DNA from: Ramazzottius varieornatus
Taxonomy: Eukaryota; Animalia; Tardigrada
DNA: 64,000 nucleotides
Direction of reading: 5' to 3'
Assembly: GCA_001949185.1 (NCBI GenBank)
Contig: BDGG01000018.1
Span: 310,001 to 374,000 of the forward strand
Shown: positions 1 through 13,100 of the stretch, piece by piece
How positions within the stretch are numbered: the first letter of the stretch is position 1
How the letters are laid out: each line of letters starts with the position of its first letter
The notes under the pieces: generated by a model
Told to the model about the DNA's origin: nothing
The model's input: only the letters and a program-made list of their open reading frames with translations
Database searches by the model: none
Made by a program: the position numbers and the translations under genes

Positions 1-1944
1 AATTTCGTCAGTTAAATTTTTGACGTCGGCCTTTTTATTCTGAATTTTAGTCTCGATTATTTTCAGAGTTTCTTCAGCGATTTTGACCGACAAGTTGACA
101 ATTTTGAAATTGGTTTGCTGTTTGGAGGAGATGTTGCCGGTGACTTGTGTGGCTTCTCCGTCCGTCGCGATCAGCCCTTCCAGCTTCACAAAGGCTGTTC
201 GCAGCGTCTTGCTCACATTCCTCAAGCAGAGAGAAGCTAAGACCTGATCGACACTACAGATCGAAATTTCCATCGTCACAGCTCTGTAAATTCCATTCAG
301 GTCTTCGTCGGTCGGAAGGGCGCTGTTATCCGCGATAACTATGTTGACTGGATCGAGTAATCTAGACAAAGACCGAGAAACAAACAATTCTTCAAATGGT
401 TTTATCGAACGCCGAAGCGAGTCGATATCGGAGTCTTCCAAGTACAGCGAAGTCGTCCTTATTCGGTTCGAGGTATCCTTCACAATCTTCAGCAGCTTCG
501 GAAAGTCGTTCTCGAGAGTCTGTTGAGCGAACCCTGACTCTTTACCACACTTCTCCAGCCCGGACTTGATGGCGGATGAGACTCTTGCGATGAAGTCTTT
601 GCTGATGCGGCCTTCGTCGATGTCTTTCGCGTCGAGTACGTACCGGTACAAGGAATGTTCTTCGTAGCGACGGACGTAGACGGATTCCATCAGCTCAATA
701 CGCAGCTGGTTCTGGTAGACGGCGTCAAAGATAGAGCTGACTTTGGACCAGAAGACTGTACGGAGAGCTGGGGAGTTCTGGACAGAAGGAAGGGTGGTGC
801 GACCCGGAAGCCGGGCGTTCTTGTTGGTGGTGGCGTTGGTGGTGGCATTGGTGTAGGGAATATCGCCTTGACTGATCAGTTGTTGAATGTCCAAACCTTC
901 TTGAATGGAAGCCTGCGAGATAACAATGTAATGACCCAAAGCTTGACCGAATTTCGGTCGTTTGATACCAGTGGAAACTGCAACCGGAAATGAAAATTCG
1001 GAATGAAACTCGGAATGAGACTCGGAATGAAGACTTTTGATTGGTCCAATTTGTACAAGGTAAAACTTCGGTGCACCAACTCGCTCCGCCTTCCCGTGCA
1101 CTACCGTGTCACGCACAATTCGATTTATTTTTGCGAGCTAAAATAAAACTTCCGGTTGGGTTTCCACCCTGCAAAATGAACGGGTTTATCAGAAAATTAC
1201 CTCAATATTTCTGATGAAGAGCTCCGTGAGTCTGGTGGAGGCTTCTTCAGCCCTCCCGATGATCAGACAGGCGTCCAGAGCCTTGCCCGTCTCGACCATG
1301 TTCTGCTCGTTGATACTCCTTTCCAACTCGCGCACAATCATCGCTGGGAAATCCTTTACCGTCTTCGAAATGTACTTCAAATCTGCAGACAAGAATTCTA
1401 GCGAGCGTAACTCAGAGTCTTCACTAACAGGTTCCACATCCTGGATGATCATAGCTGCTCTGGCGTAGTCAAAGTTATTTTCCTCCAAACAGGCCCGTAA
1501 TCGCTTCGCAGTTTGGACGATGCGATTCGAGCTGCGCAGCAACTCTGCTGCCTTTCTCGACTTTTCAAACGCGTCCACCCGGTTGGAGAAGTTCTGGAAA
1601 GTCCCTCGAAGCTGGTCGAGTGTAGCTGAGCTTAAGGAAAGGAGCTGGGAAACGGAGACGTCCAGGTCGGTTAGCGCGACGTCCAGCACGTCGATGGCGC
1701 TGACGTTGGCAGTCAGCTGATCGTGATCGTCCAGTACCTGGTTCTTCAGGCTGGTGTCTAGCGCCAAGATGGACGCTTCGATAATAGCCAGGTTCTCGCC
1801 GAGAGAGAGGGAAGACTGTTGAACGACTTCACGGGAATAGTTTTGTGGAGCAAAGTCGGATCCGAGGAATGGTTGGATATTCTTCCGAATGTCCTCGGGC
1901 AGCTGCTCGTCGTTCAGCAGTAGATCTGTACTAGACGCTTCCAT
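1..1944 (-). CDS. COG5: Conserved oligomeric Golgi complex subunit 5 (3' end beyond window)
   Basis: Exon 1944-1201 (FLGSDF...LKNQV...LRSSNRIVQTAKRL), GT-AG intron 1200-913, then exon 912-1 reading PGRTTLPS...RTVFWS...ENDFPKLLK...PFEELFVSRSLSRLLDPVN...NVSKT...ATQVTG. These match remembered COG5 motifs. Confidence 0.88.
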
Positions 1945-2072
1945 GGTTGCAGCCCGCTGTTGTCCTCGTTGCCATGTACCTATAAAAACCGGGTTACAGG
2001 AAACTTCAGTGGTTCCGAACTGCGGACAAGAAAACGGCAGTAATTATTAACATTCCGATTTACGCCAGCTCG

Positions 2073-2088
2073 ACTTCCGGTGACGTCA
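2073..2088. promoter_or_regulatory. Adjacent ETS (CCGGAAGT on - strand) and CRE (TGACGTCA) sites, candidate COG5 promoter
   Basis: ACTTCCGGTGACGTCA about 130 bp upstream of the COG5 ATG. Confidence 0.35.
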
Positions 2089-2116
2089 AATGGTTAACGT
2101 TATGCGATGCACCACA

Positions 2117-2170
2117 GTGTGATACGAGTCAATCCTACGGGTCGGCCCGTAGGAGTGACTCATATCCCAC
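2117..2170. repeat. Imperfect ~25-bp-stem hairpin
   Basis: GTGTGATACGAGTCAATCCTACGGG-TCGG-CCCGTAGGAGTGACTCATATCCCAC. Confidence 0.6.
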
Positions 2171-2460
2171 TACTACACCACAACTACAACCCGAGGCCGA
2201 AGGGGCGCAGTAGTAGACACTATGAATCCACTGTCCACAGATGGAACTTCCACTGCGGGTCTGCTGGTGGAATTCGTCTCAGCTGAAGTGCAACTCCACA
2301 TCACCACACTGGTATCCCTTGGGCTGGTATCCCTGGGGGAAGGGATCTATTGATACATGGTAACAACTGCGGTGATTCAGCGACGCAGCTCAAGGCTCTT
2401 CAGACCAACCTGACCATCCGGCTGCAGATTATCACCTCAGCCGTTGGCAGCGTCGACAAA

Positions 2461-3298
2461 ATCCGACTATACCGGGAGTTGATTTTTCCCCCCTTTTGAT
2501 TTTTTTTCGCCATTCGATTCAGCTCGTCGAGATCTATCGATCTGCATCAGCCGTTTTCCCGGAAAACCACTCCAGCCCTGGGAGTGAAACCACCCCGCGA
2601 GAGGTTTCCGACTTCCTGTACGAGGGAGAGGTTGTCGAATGGGCCACACCACTTTGGAGTTATGGAGTGGGCCAGTCAGTGTTTTCGCTAACTGTCCACT
2701 ATTTCCGTAAAGTTTTCCGATGAAACGCTAGAGAATATCTTTTTGTATGTCTGTGCACAGGTCATTAGCAGAGCGAAATTCAGATGCTCAAGATGAGATG
2801 CCCGATCTGGAAAATGATCGCATCCCATGTTAAAAAGCCTGAGCATAAAATAGTAGAGAGGCCACAAGAGGCGCTGCTGTCGCCTTTCCGAGTGACTCGA
2901 ACCGCCAGTTGAACAAGCGCATTGTGTGTGGTGCCACCCTATACGACAGCTATTTTTGCGGTGGCCCACTCCATAAACCCAAAATGATGTGGCCCACTCG
3001 ATAACCTCTCCCTCGTACCACCAAGCAGCACTGAAACGAGCAAAGCGAGGTTCAGCACTGTTCTTACGCGCAACCCGCTGCGCCGCTCGCGAACGCCCAT
3101 AACCCACCCCCACCCAACCCCTAAAACTCCTCGCTGACCCCCACCTAGCGGCTCCCTGTGCCTTCCAATTTCAAGTCCACCCCTTCACACGGGGAGTCCT
3201 TTTCCGGGAAAACAGCTGATGTAGATCGATAGAGCTTGTTGAGTTTTATTGAGTGGACATGCTAGGGGCGAGAAAAGATGCTCCCGGTATGTTCGGAT
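2461..3298. mobile_element. Degenerate non-autonomous DNA element with nested inverted repeats
   Basis: Outer inverted repeat 2461-~2570 / ~3200-3298 (ATCCGACTATACCGGGAG...CTCGTCGAGATCTATCGATCTGCATCAGCCGTTTTCCCGGAAAA). Inner inverted repeat ~2617-2675 / ~2960-3018. Related to the element at 9755. Confidence 0.6.
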
Positions 3299-5643
3299 AT
3301 CACCGCAGTGTCAAAGGCCTGAACTCCGCTTTGCCGTTTCGTCGGACCCGCTTGCGGCTCGCCTTTGGAGTACGCACACCGCCGCCCATTACCACTATCT
3401 GAAAATCAAACAACATGACATCAAGTTAAGGACCCTGGCGAGCGTGGAAATCATGTGTGCGGACCTTGTCTGATTCGGATGACATGATGGGACGGTGCTA
3501 TTTCTCCAACGAGGACAAGTAGAGTACGAGTACTGCGAATCTTATTGTACTTATCGGAGCTCACGCAGGTTTGTTTCACCCAATGCAGTAGTGTTGTGCG
3601 ACTCAGAGTATATATCATTTGCTCAAGTCATCGCGGAAGATGTGAGTGGAGAAGCGCAAGCAGAGAAGAGTAGAGTGGCTCTCCATTCCAAAACTGCAAT
3701 CAAGCTGGAGTGAAATTTCCATGTTTCAATCACTGTTCTAGCCCATCGAGTAAAAATTTCATTCACTGAGTTTTCTGTCCATTGTCCGAAGTCCAAACCT
3801 TCGTGCCTCGCACCTGGAAGAAGTGAAATAGAATCAAAGTCGAGCCTTGGAGGATGTAAAGCGATACAATAGAAGATCGACCTCGCGCTTTGGAAGATTG
3901 CAATTAGCAGGTAAACATATCCTCCCCCACCCCCGCCGTTGTGGTCCGTGTGAGCTTTTACAGCTTTACTGCTCAGTACAAGTTGGAAATGGTTTTATTC
4001 GCTTTGCAGTTCCTACAAGGACACAAAGTCACGTTGAAGGTTCCCGAAGAAGAGATGAATCAGACAGCATCATCTTGGGCTTGCTTGCCATATGACCTGG
4101 TGGACGACTGCCTTCGACCACTTGCAACGTGTCGATCCGGAAAATTCCTCGCACGATGCAAAAGTTAACCTATGCTTTCAGCATGGGTTGCATGAATTAA
4201 TCCCGGCTGAGTGCACGTCTAATCTCCGCTAGAGACTTTGATCAGAATGAATCTGAAAAACTTATGTACCCGGAAGTAGAAACTTTTAGATGACAGATTG
4301 TTTTCTCACAGGATGTGTCGTACACTCAACGACACTGCGTGTAGTTCATGAACGTAATAAAAGTAAAGAAAACAGGAAGAGCATGATTTTTCGACGGCAG
4401 TTTTTCACAAAAGTCAACGAGTGGAACTTGCGATGGCCATTCCTCGCCAACCAGACTGAATGGTTGAAGTCAAGCTTGAAGAGGATCCTTGGAGATACCA
4501 AAACAAAAGCGGCAATGAACCTTTACCGCCGCAGTTTCCAGGGAGATGGGTAAGAATTTCGTGGGTTTACATTTCATAATTGGCAATTCTGATATCGGGG
4601 TGTGTATTTAGGTTGGAGTGGATTTCCGGGTCGTTGGATGTACCGCCCACGGGTATATCGCCTTCCAAGAGCAGGTCTTGGACAAGCGCGACTGTGCACT
4701 TCATCGCCACTTTGAATGTTTCCGATCTTCGTCGACCTCCCTATCGACTCGGAAACCACTTTCGAAGTGGTCCTGTTCCTGCCAGCGGCATGGACCGACC
4801 GGAGGTGGCGCTTCAGCGGACTGTGCAGTACGTATACCCTACCGGATCTTCCGATCCAGGCCACCTCGCAAGCCTTATTCTACTGATGTTTTCTGTTTTA
4901 TCGCCTCGCGCTGTGCTGAAATTCTCACAACGAATATCTTTTGATTTGCCCAATCTGATCAAACGACCAACCTTACTCACAGTATTTTGTTGAGCAATTG
5001 CTCTTTTTGCCAGAACGTGCAAAATTTCGATGTAGCCTGTAACACGGATTCCCCATAGTTGCCCTGATGAGGCGTCACAAAATTTTCCTTGGATCTCGTA
5101 GAAAGTCTCTTTTTTACTCCTTACTGCGTACCATGCTAGTATCTTGTCCCTTGAAAAAGATATTCAGTCATAAAAGGGGGAAAAAGCGCTAAAACGAGGT
5201 AATTATGCTGTGTAATCTAATGGAACTTCGCACCTTGCCACCAGCGGGAACCAGTGGCAGATTTCACAAATGACAGCGGTCCTCGGCAAATCCCCATTAT
5301 GTCCAATCTTGCGGATAATTGTATCGTCGCTTATGACAGGTCCAGCTCATTAGGTCAGGTCCAGAAGATTTCGCGCGAGCGTCAGCAGCGGTGACAAAGA
5401 CGTTGGCTGTCCAAAGTCCGCTACAGTACTGGGTATCATCGGCTCTGTTCAGACAACAACCGCGATAAAGATATCGCGCATTCCTTCCAGGTACGGCGAT
5501 AGTCTTTCTGGTTCTACACAGCATAGCCGTTGAACGTCTGTAGAATTGCTTTCGGTCGAGTTTCGTCGGCTGCACACCTTCATTTTGAGTCTTTCGCCTA
5601 TTGCAACTTTGTTCGGCACTTTTCCGCTTGAAGTTGTACAAAC

Positions 5644-8049
5644 ATGGACTGCTGCCACCATTCGTTCCACAAGAAAGAGCACCAAGATGCCGCTCCGCGC
5701 TTCCTCCAAATTAGCTCTAATGTCTGCTACTGCTTGCTGCTGGGTCTTGGCGTTTTATGCTGTCACGTTCATTGTGCCGGTGCATTTTCTATCGCCACAA
5801 CCTTCAAACACCATGGACACGACGCACGAACGGCTCGCCATCCGATAACTCATCACACGGATGCTAAAGGTTCCAATAGGCATGGACCGAACGCTACACT
5901 TCCAGCCCCGAACGAATTTTTGTCAATGCTTTTCGATATCAAGCTGGTAAACGATACCTTGGCTATGTCGGATCAAAGTAGGTTCTCTGCTGTTACGTAT
6001 CTTACCTGCACCGAGCTTTTTTCAATGGGGGGTTGCCGGTAGGGCTGGAAAACATTACCCGCAAGCTGAAAATCGGTGTGGTTCGTGAGCATCATGTCTA
6101 TGACTCCCCAGACGACAACCCGATCCGTCGAGCGAAGAACGCTGCTCAAGCTCCCCTTAAGAACGCCAGGCATGATGGACAGGAAGAGCTCAGCGAAGAA
6201 CCTCTCAACGGCACTTGCTGGTCCGTCATCGACCTGCGCAGAATATTCAAGACTCCCGCCGTACCCATGCCGGTCGACCAGTTCCAGCGTAAGAAACCGA
6301 CCAATCAAATATCAGTCATCGAGACTAGTTACGTAAGTGCTCAGCTTGAACGTATATTTTGACAGAGCTTTGCCCCGCCCTTATTCACCAGGCCTACTTT
6401 GACACCTGCCTTACCCATCCAGCTGACTGGAGTGGCGACGGGAAGACACCATTGTCCAGCGCGAAGAGTACGTTAATTACACGATGACTAATTCAGTTCA
6501 TGCTAGTAGAAAATACACATACGGTATGGGTATCGGCAGCCCAATTTACGCCCAGGCTGAGGTGTTTAAGATACCCATATGTAGCGCCAGTGTGATAAGA
6601 CGGCATCAAGTTCAGGCCAGTGTATCTTATCGAGGGTAATTCCGGTCGGAATTGTCGCGCTGTGTGGCGACCCATGAGTGCAAAACGTGTACGGTGGTAA
6701 GAGATCATCATCGGGTATGCTTTTTTCTACAGCCTACGGCTACGGTACGGTGGCGGTGGTCCTCAGCAGCTCCCTTTCCATGGTGGGGATAGTCATCATT
6801 CCATTCTTGGGCAAGCGGTCCTACAAGTATGCCATGCAAGGCTTCATCGCACTGGGCGTGGGAGCTCTGGCCGGCGACGCCCTTCTCCATCTCTTACCCG
6901 AGGTACGGTACAGTGCGCCACAGGCAAGGCAAACTGAAAGTTCTCTTGACAAAGCCAATCTGCCATTATAGGCCTTACATCTCCGAGATGATACCGCTGA
7001 AAGCGAATACCATCGTTCACTCCATTCTCATGACGGCGAAGAAGCTCTTGCCGACTCGAATCTAGCATTTTGGCGTATGGTAGCTTGTGGCGCAGCCATT
7101 TACGTCTTTTTCCTGTGGGAAGTGGCGCTCCATTCCTTCATTGAGCGTCGCACAAAGAAAGCTGTCCAGAACAACCTGCCACACAACGACCAACTCCACC
7201 ACCACCACCACGGACATGACCATGAGCATTCCCACATCCCCGACCGCGATGCTTTCCGAGCTCCACAACTTAAAGCCTCAGTCAGTTGTTCCAGCTCCGT
7301 ATCTTTCCAGTCCAAGGAAGAGAAAAGCGACACTGCTGTCGATGTCCCCAAACACCAAGAGGAAGGTCACAAAATTTTCGGTAAGTCGACACCTTAACAG
7401 TAAAGTCGAGAGGTCTTAAATGTGAGAATCTCGTTTTGTCCTCGAAGGTATGAAGCCTCTGGCTTGGATCATTTTTCTCGGCGATGCTTTGCACAACTTT
7501 GCCGATGGTCTGGCTATTGCGGCGGCATTCTCCGACAATGTGTCTTCGGGCATCGCTACTACGGTGGCCATCTTCTGCCATGAGATTCCTCACGAACTCG
7601 GTGAGCATCGCATTTTGAAAACCATCTCTCCTCAGGTTGAACGTCACGTGGCACGTATGTAGGGGACTTTGCGCTACTTTTGAGCACTGGACTGTCCTTC
7701 AAACGAGTACTCTTCCTGAATGTGGTCACCGCAGGCATCAGTTTGTTGGGTTTCTACATCGGTGTACCTATCGCCCAGCAGGAACAAGCTCGAGAATGGA
7801 TCCTAACCATCACAGCCGGAACTTTCCTCTACGTTGCTTTGGCTGATATGGTACAGTACTCGTACAACAGTATTCTAAATTCCAAAACGGAACAGTTACA
7901 ACGAGACTGCGTAATATTTTGCTTAGCTTCCTGAACTCAAGAATGGTGCAAAGACTCTCAAGATGATCCTCGTTCAGAACATCGGATTGGTTTTCGGTTT
8001 CTCTTTTATGCTGCTGATGGCCCTCTTTGAAGATGCTTTTGAACCTTGA
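5644..8049 (+). CDS. ZIP (SLC39) zinc transporter, LIV-1 subfamily (ZIP6/ZIP10/foi-like)
   Basis: His-rich N-terminus, CPALIHQ motif (~6370), [27 protein letters not shown] loop, [13 protein letters not shown] and [10 protein letters not shown] (HEXPHEXGD signature). Multi-exon, with TGA at 8047-8049. Confidence 0.92.
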
Positions 8050-9754
8050 CAGTCCTTTGCTCCCTAAGACCTTTCGCAAACAGCTCAAAATTTTGCTGAC
8101 ATCTGTAGCGGTATGCCTGTGATACATGCGCTGTTGGCATCAACTCAACCACTCATCAGGTAGTAAAAACCCGCAAACTGCCACGAATCTTCCAGACGTA
8201 AGTCTGACACAACACTCCACGTTGTAACCGCGGTATACCGTTGAAAGAAGAGCTAAAATTCTACACATGCTCGACAGAGCCGAAGAAAGCAGAACGAACA
8301 AATATGTTGTCGAACTGTTAAAACCAACATGCAGGAAAATGCGACCTGCAGTAGTTCTTTGATCAAAGGAAGCCTGGTGGGTTTTTCCATATCCAGTCGA
8401 ACATGTTTTTTCAGTAACACTCAGTCCCTCAAACCCTGTAGATCGTTCGGAATCATCTGTCCTCCTCTACTTTTCCATTGATAGAACTGATCTCTATAGA
8501 AGACAGCCGGGACGCCATTTGACCGGAGCCGGTGCGTTACAACTGTCCAGCCACGGTAAAATTCTGTGGCTGGCATGTCCTCCACGAAGCTATTTGCGAT
8601 GACGTCCTAATAAGATGGGTTTCAGATATTTCCAAAGCCTGAAGGCAGCAGAAGCCATCGCCTCTTTCCAATGTACAAATTCTCATGATTGGATGTACGA
8701 GCAGCTGGACTCAAGCTCAGGGCGCTACAGTACCAGGTAACGACCGATTTTGAGCACCTCTTCAGCATGGTTCTGAAAGCTTTGATCTGTCCTCAGCAAG
8801 CCTAAACTCCTCTAGAGCCCTTCAGCTTGCTCGGAAAGGGACGACCACCATAGGTTGGAAGCCTCGATGCTCGTACGAAAATAGTCCCGTTCGCAAACCT
8901 TGAGGCCTTGTTCAGTTCAGGACTTTTTCAGTGAACAATATCCCGGAGAAAAGCCATGCGGCAAGTAGTTCCAAACTGAGTGCCGGTTGGCGCAGGCGCT
9001 CTATGCCCACCTTGAAACGCTACGTACGTTAACTGGTCCAGTGCGATCCCGATCTCCGGGACTTTTCGCGCAGTGGGTTAAACCGTTCAAAAACCAAAAA
9101 GACGCGATGCAGCGGGTCTGACCGCACGTCCACGCGGCCCGCTGCAAGGGAAGTGTCAAGCACCCAATCTGAGGTGAACGGTATAACCACTGAGCCAGAG
9201 GAGCACTTACAACGTCACCTTCTGATCTTTTCGTCCGAAAGTGATCCAAACTTCGGACTTTGACAAATTTTCGAGTGTGATACCACGCCTGCTAGGCGTG
9301 CTTAACCTGATCGTGACATCGTCTGACGTATATCCCGAACTGGTCCCGCATTGAGCCAGCCCGTAAGTCCCGAACTGAAGGCTGCCGAGTCTCACTTAAA
9401 GTCACTTTCACCATTTTCGTACGAGGTTAGTCCATTGCAGGTAAGGCACTAGTATTGTACTGCGCTGGGCGTCCCTTTTTTAAGTTTTCTTTCACCCATT
9501 TGAACCTCACGCTCGAAGGTATAGATTAGTGATGCGATCAAGAGGGAAGCATCTTGTAGTTCTCCAAAGCTAACTCCTGATTCATGTCGGATTCGTCCAC
9601 AACAAGACTTCAATGGGCAGTGCGCGTAAGGTAGACCACACTTCTGTCCTGATATATCCGAGCTTGATGGGATGGCAAAGACCGCAGGATATGCTAAAGG
9701 CCATCGGTCCATGCGTGTGGCAGAAAACTAGCTTCCATTGGTCTGGTCATGGAT

Positions 9755-10178
9755 GGGGTATAGTACTAACCTACCTGGGGTTGAATGTCGCCCCCCTGAT
9801 ATGACCATTCGATACATCTCGACGAGATCTATCGAACTGTATCAGCCGTTTTTGCAACAGTGACATCCCCTGGTAAAGGCTGGTGACAGCAACGTTAATT
9901 AAATGTTCTAATTAAGAAAAACTGGGGGTTTGGGGGAGGGGGGTGGGGGTTAACGAGCGGCTAGGTGGGGGTCGCGTGCGCGTAGGGCTAGCACGCGTAA
10001 GAACAGAGCTGGAGGCGAGCAAAGCGAGCTCCAGCTCTGTTCTTACGCTTTATTACCCCTGGACTAAAGGTCCCCATTGCGAACCCGGCTGATGCAGTTC
10101 GATAGATCTCGTCGAATTCTATCGATCCCCCACTGAGGGGGGCAAAATTCTCCCCCAGGGATGGGTCATATTTTACCA
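9755..10178. mobile_element. Degenerate MITE-like element related to 2461-3298
   Basis: Inverted arms sharing TCGACGAGATCTATCGAACTG(T/C)ATCAGCCG. Internal perfect 20-bp hairpin at 9995-10048 (GCGTAAGAACAGAGCTGGAG), whose right arm and loop resemble 3037-3068. Confidence 0.55.
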
Positions 10179-13100
10179 TGGATGGGATAGCGTCGCAGAG
10201 GGGGGTAACCCGGACGTCGGTCTGGCCTTTTACCTTCCGTACCTTGCTATGGACTATGGTAAAAGCAGCAGGGCAGGACTAGCAGTTGTCGGTCTGATGT
10301 AAACTGTAAAAATAGCAGTACCAGCAGCCTACCTAAAACAACGAGCCATTCTTACCGTGCGCCATCTTCCGAAAGTTGAGAAGCATCGTAGACTCTTATC
10401 GGATCGAGCGAACCCGACTACCGACAGATCCTTCTGTAGCGATGGCTTCCGAGGTAATGGAAACATGCACGAGAAGCAGATTACACTCAGTTACCAACTC
10501 TCAATCGCCCGACGCGATAACTAAGTCAAGCGTTGTAATCGGACATGGATGCGAAAACGGCAGCTGGAAATTCAAGTCGCAGTATCACTTGACGCCCCCT
10601 GGTCAGTCCCGGTGCCCCCGGTTTGTTTATTGGTATTACACCGGCGGCGTGGTTATGGACCTGGATCGGGAGGAAAGCACGTCAGCGAGCAGGGATGATG
10701 GTGCTGAAAGTCCATCGGAGACGGCAAAAAAGCGCTGCTTCCTGTTCTTTGCCCTTCTCTGCCTGACTACCTCCGTGGACACTGATGATCGAGCTGCTAA
10801 ACCGAGCACTGCTGAGTTGATTGACAATCAATGCTGGGCTGTTCTGTTTAGCAGCTCGACAGTGTCCGTGGATCGTGCCCAGGAATGTCTGGATTTAGAG
10901 CATAAACACAGGTTGTGTTTATTGCTTGTTCGGCGCACTTGTGCAAGGTCCGCGTGATCCAGCTGTGGAATGTTTTCGTTAGGAGCGGATGCTGGGGCTC
11001 GTTAGCCAAGGCATGCTCGTCCTTTGTTATTCTTTGCAAGGGAATGTGTCGTCTAACAAGTGTTTATTGCATCAAACGCCGGCCAGAAAGATGATCTGGG
11101 TAAACCCCTGCCATTTAATGACGGCGGACAAACGATCGAGACGGATGGAGCAAAGTCAAGCCTTGCCCGGAGTACAAAATGGCAAAGCGCGGCCATGGAG
11201 GGATCGATATGCCTGTAATGGCAGAGTACTGCTCGGCATCGACGTATTAGTAAAAAGCTCAAGTTGAGGTCCCCGATCGGAGATAGGCCAGCTAGCTGCC
11301 ATTTCCATGCTGTATGATAAGTAGTAAGTCCACTTCTCTGGATAGAGGGAGGGAGAGAGGAATGTGTCGCTTGCAGAGCTTGGCTGGAGAGTGCTTAACG
11401 TTGTTCGACCATCTTAACCGCGACTGTATGTACTCTCTTTCCAGAATACTCTTCCCGTCCCCTCCAACGTTGGCATAACGGAGAGGAATATTTCCTGGAC
11501 CATCCTTCATCCCGCTGACATGATCAAATGTCGTGTCTATACGACTGTTCTTCCGGCATTCGGCATAGACAAGAAAGTCGACTCGTTTTGCTTAAACGTG
11601 ATTTCTTCGGGATGTTTGGCAGTGTGGCTCTGAACTGAACCTGGGGAGCGACCGTGGGTCGGCAAGACGAAAGAGTTCAGCCTGGCCGTCTCCTTGTGAT
11701 CGAGCGACGCCTATCAATTTGTACTCTTTTTACTGACGACAAGTACGACACTAAATCAATTACCAGCTGGCATTTCCCTGCTGATTGATCACTGATGCGC
11801 AACGATAACCTCTACTTGCAGAACCTTGTTTCTCATCCCGTACACTTCTACTCGTCGTCTACAACGTCACTCTCCAATTACAATTCAGCCAAGATCATAT
11901 TATCCTTTCTTCAGCAATCGATTGTCTAAACTGACCCATTGTGGATTTACCAAGGTGATCATCATCTTAGGTTGATCATCAATGTCGCAACTAGCGGTAA
12001 GTGTTCTCGACCTTGCCCTGATGTCAGAAGGCAGGTCGGAATCGTCCTGGCGCTTCAGAGCAGGAAGTCATCTCGGGGGTGGGTAATAGTGATTCCTTGT
12101 GGCCAAAAGAGGGTTTTAGGCCGTGTGGGTTTGAACGACTTGGATGAGCAAGCTGAAAGCTCGACTAATGTCTTGCGCATTGCCGATTAAAGCGGGGATG
12201 GCAGGGTTGAATGTGTCAGGCACGCTCGACTTGCTAACGACTCCTTGGGGATGATTGTGGTATATCCGCTGTAAACGGGGCTTTTGCCTTGTCCGCATTA
12301 AGAGCTAATTCTCTCTGTGGGCGCGTCGCCTGAAGCTAGCTTCGGCACGCAGCTCTTTGTAGCCTGCCATTTACTCTTCTTAGCTGTAATAGTCTATGTT
12401 CGTTTTTGAACGTTTATATTGAAGGAGGAAATTTATGCTTGTCTATGGGCAAATATAATTGACCTAGTTGCACAGGGCCATATTGACATTAAGCAGCCAG
12501 GGAATATCATTCACCCAGATTTCGCCAACGTGGAGGACGAGGTTTCGGTCCTCAATACCACCATGTCCGCTCGCTGCCGACGTTAACCGAGTTTCGGCCC
12601 GTAATTGAATCGACAGTACGCATAGGCTTCTGACATTGAGGTTGCATCTGGATTTAGTTTGGCAAGGTTTCCGGCGTTCATCTTAACTATATAACTCTTT
12701 TCTGTCTGCTGATCATGAAGGTCGGCGGATGGCGTAACAGTAATTGTAACTGCTGTATAAGCCCCATTTGTGTGGTCAAAGTCGTTGAGCTTTCCGATGC
12801 CGAGCCAAGCGTAGTGAGAAACATCATCCCCCTAAGCTGCTTCTAGCACATCATGTAGTCTGCAAACACTGGAGAGAAAAGGAGGCAAACCTTGGAACTG
12901 TTTGCAGGTGGCTGTCTCTTTTGTATCCAGCTAGCGCAACGTTGCAGCCCTTAAGTTGGCGGAAAGCGGCGCGGTGGAGAGCAGGACTTGTCTATAGGTA
13001 CTGTATATACGGCACCACAGGTGCTCTTGAGCGTCGACCGATCGGGCATTCAGCTAGGACTTTCTTATCCTCCCTTGAGAGGCCGACTTTCTTCTTCTCC

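Noticed and set aside
998-1031. 3x 12-bp tandem repeat TCGGAATGAxAx in the COG5 intron
   Set aside because: Ordinary short intronic tandem repeat with no further structure.
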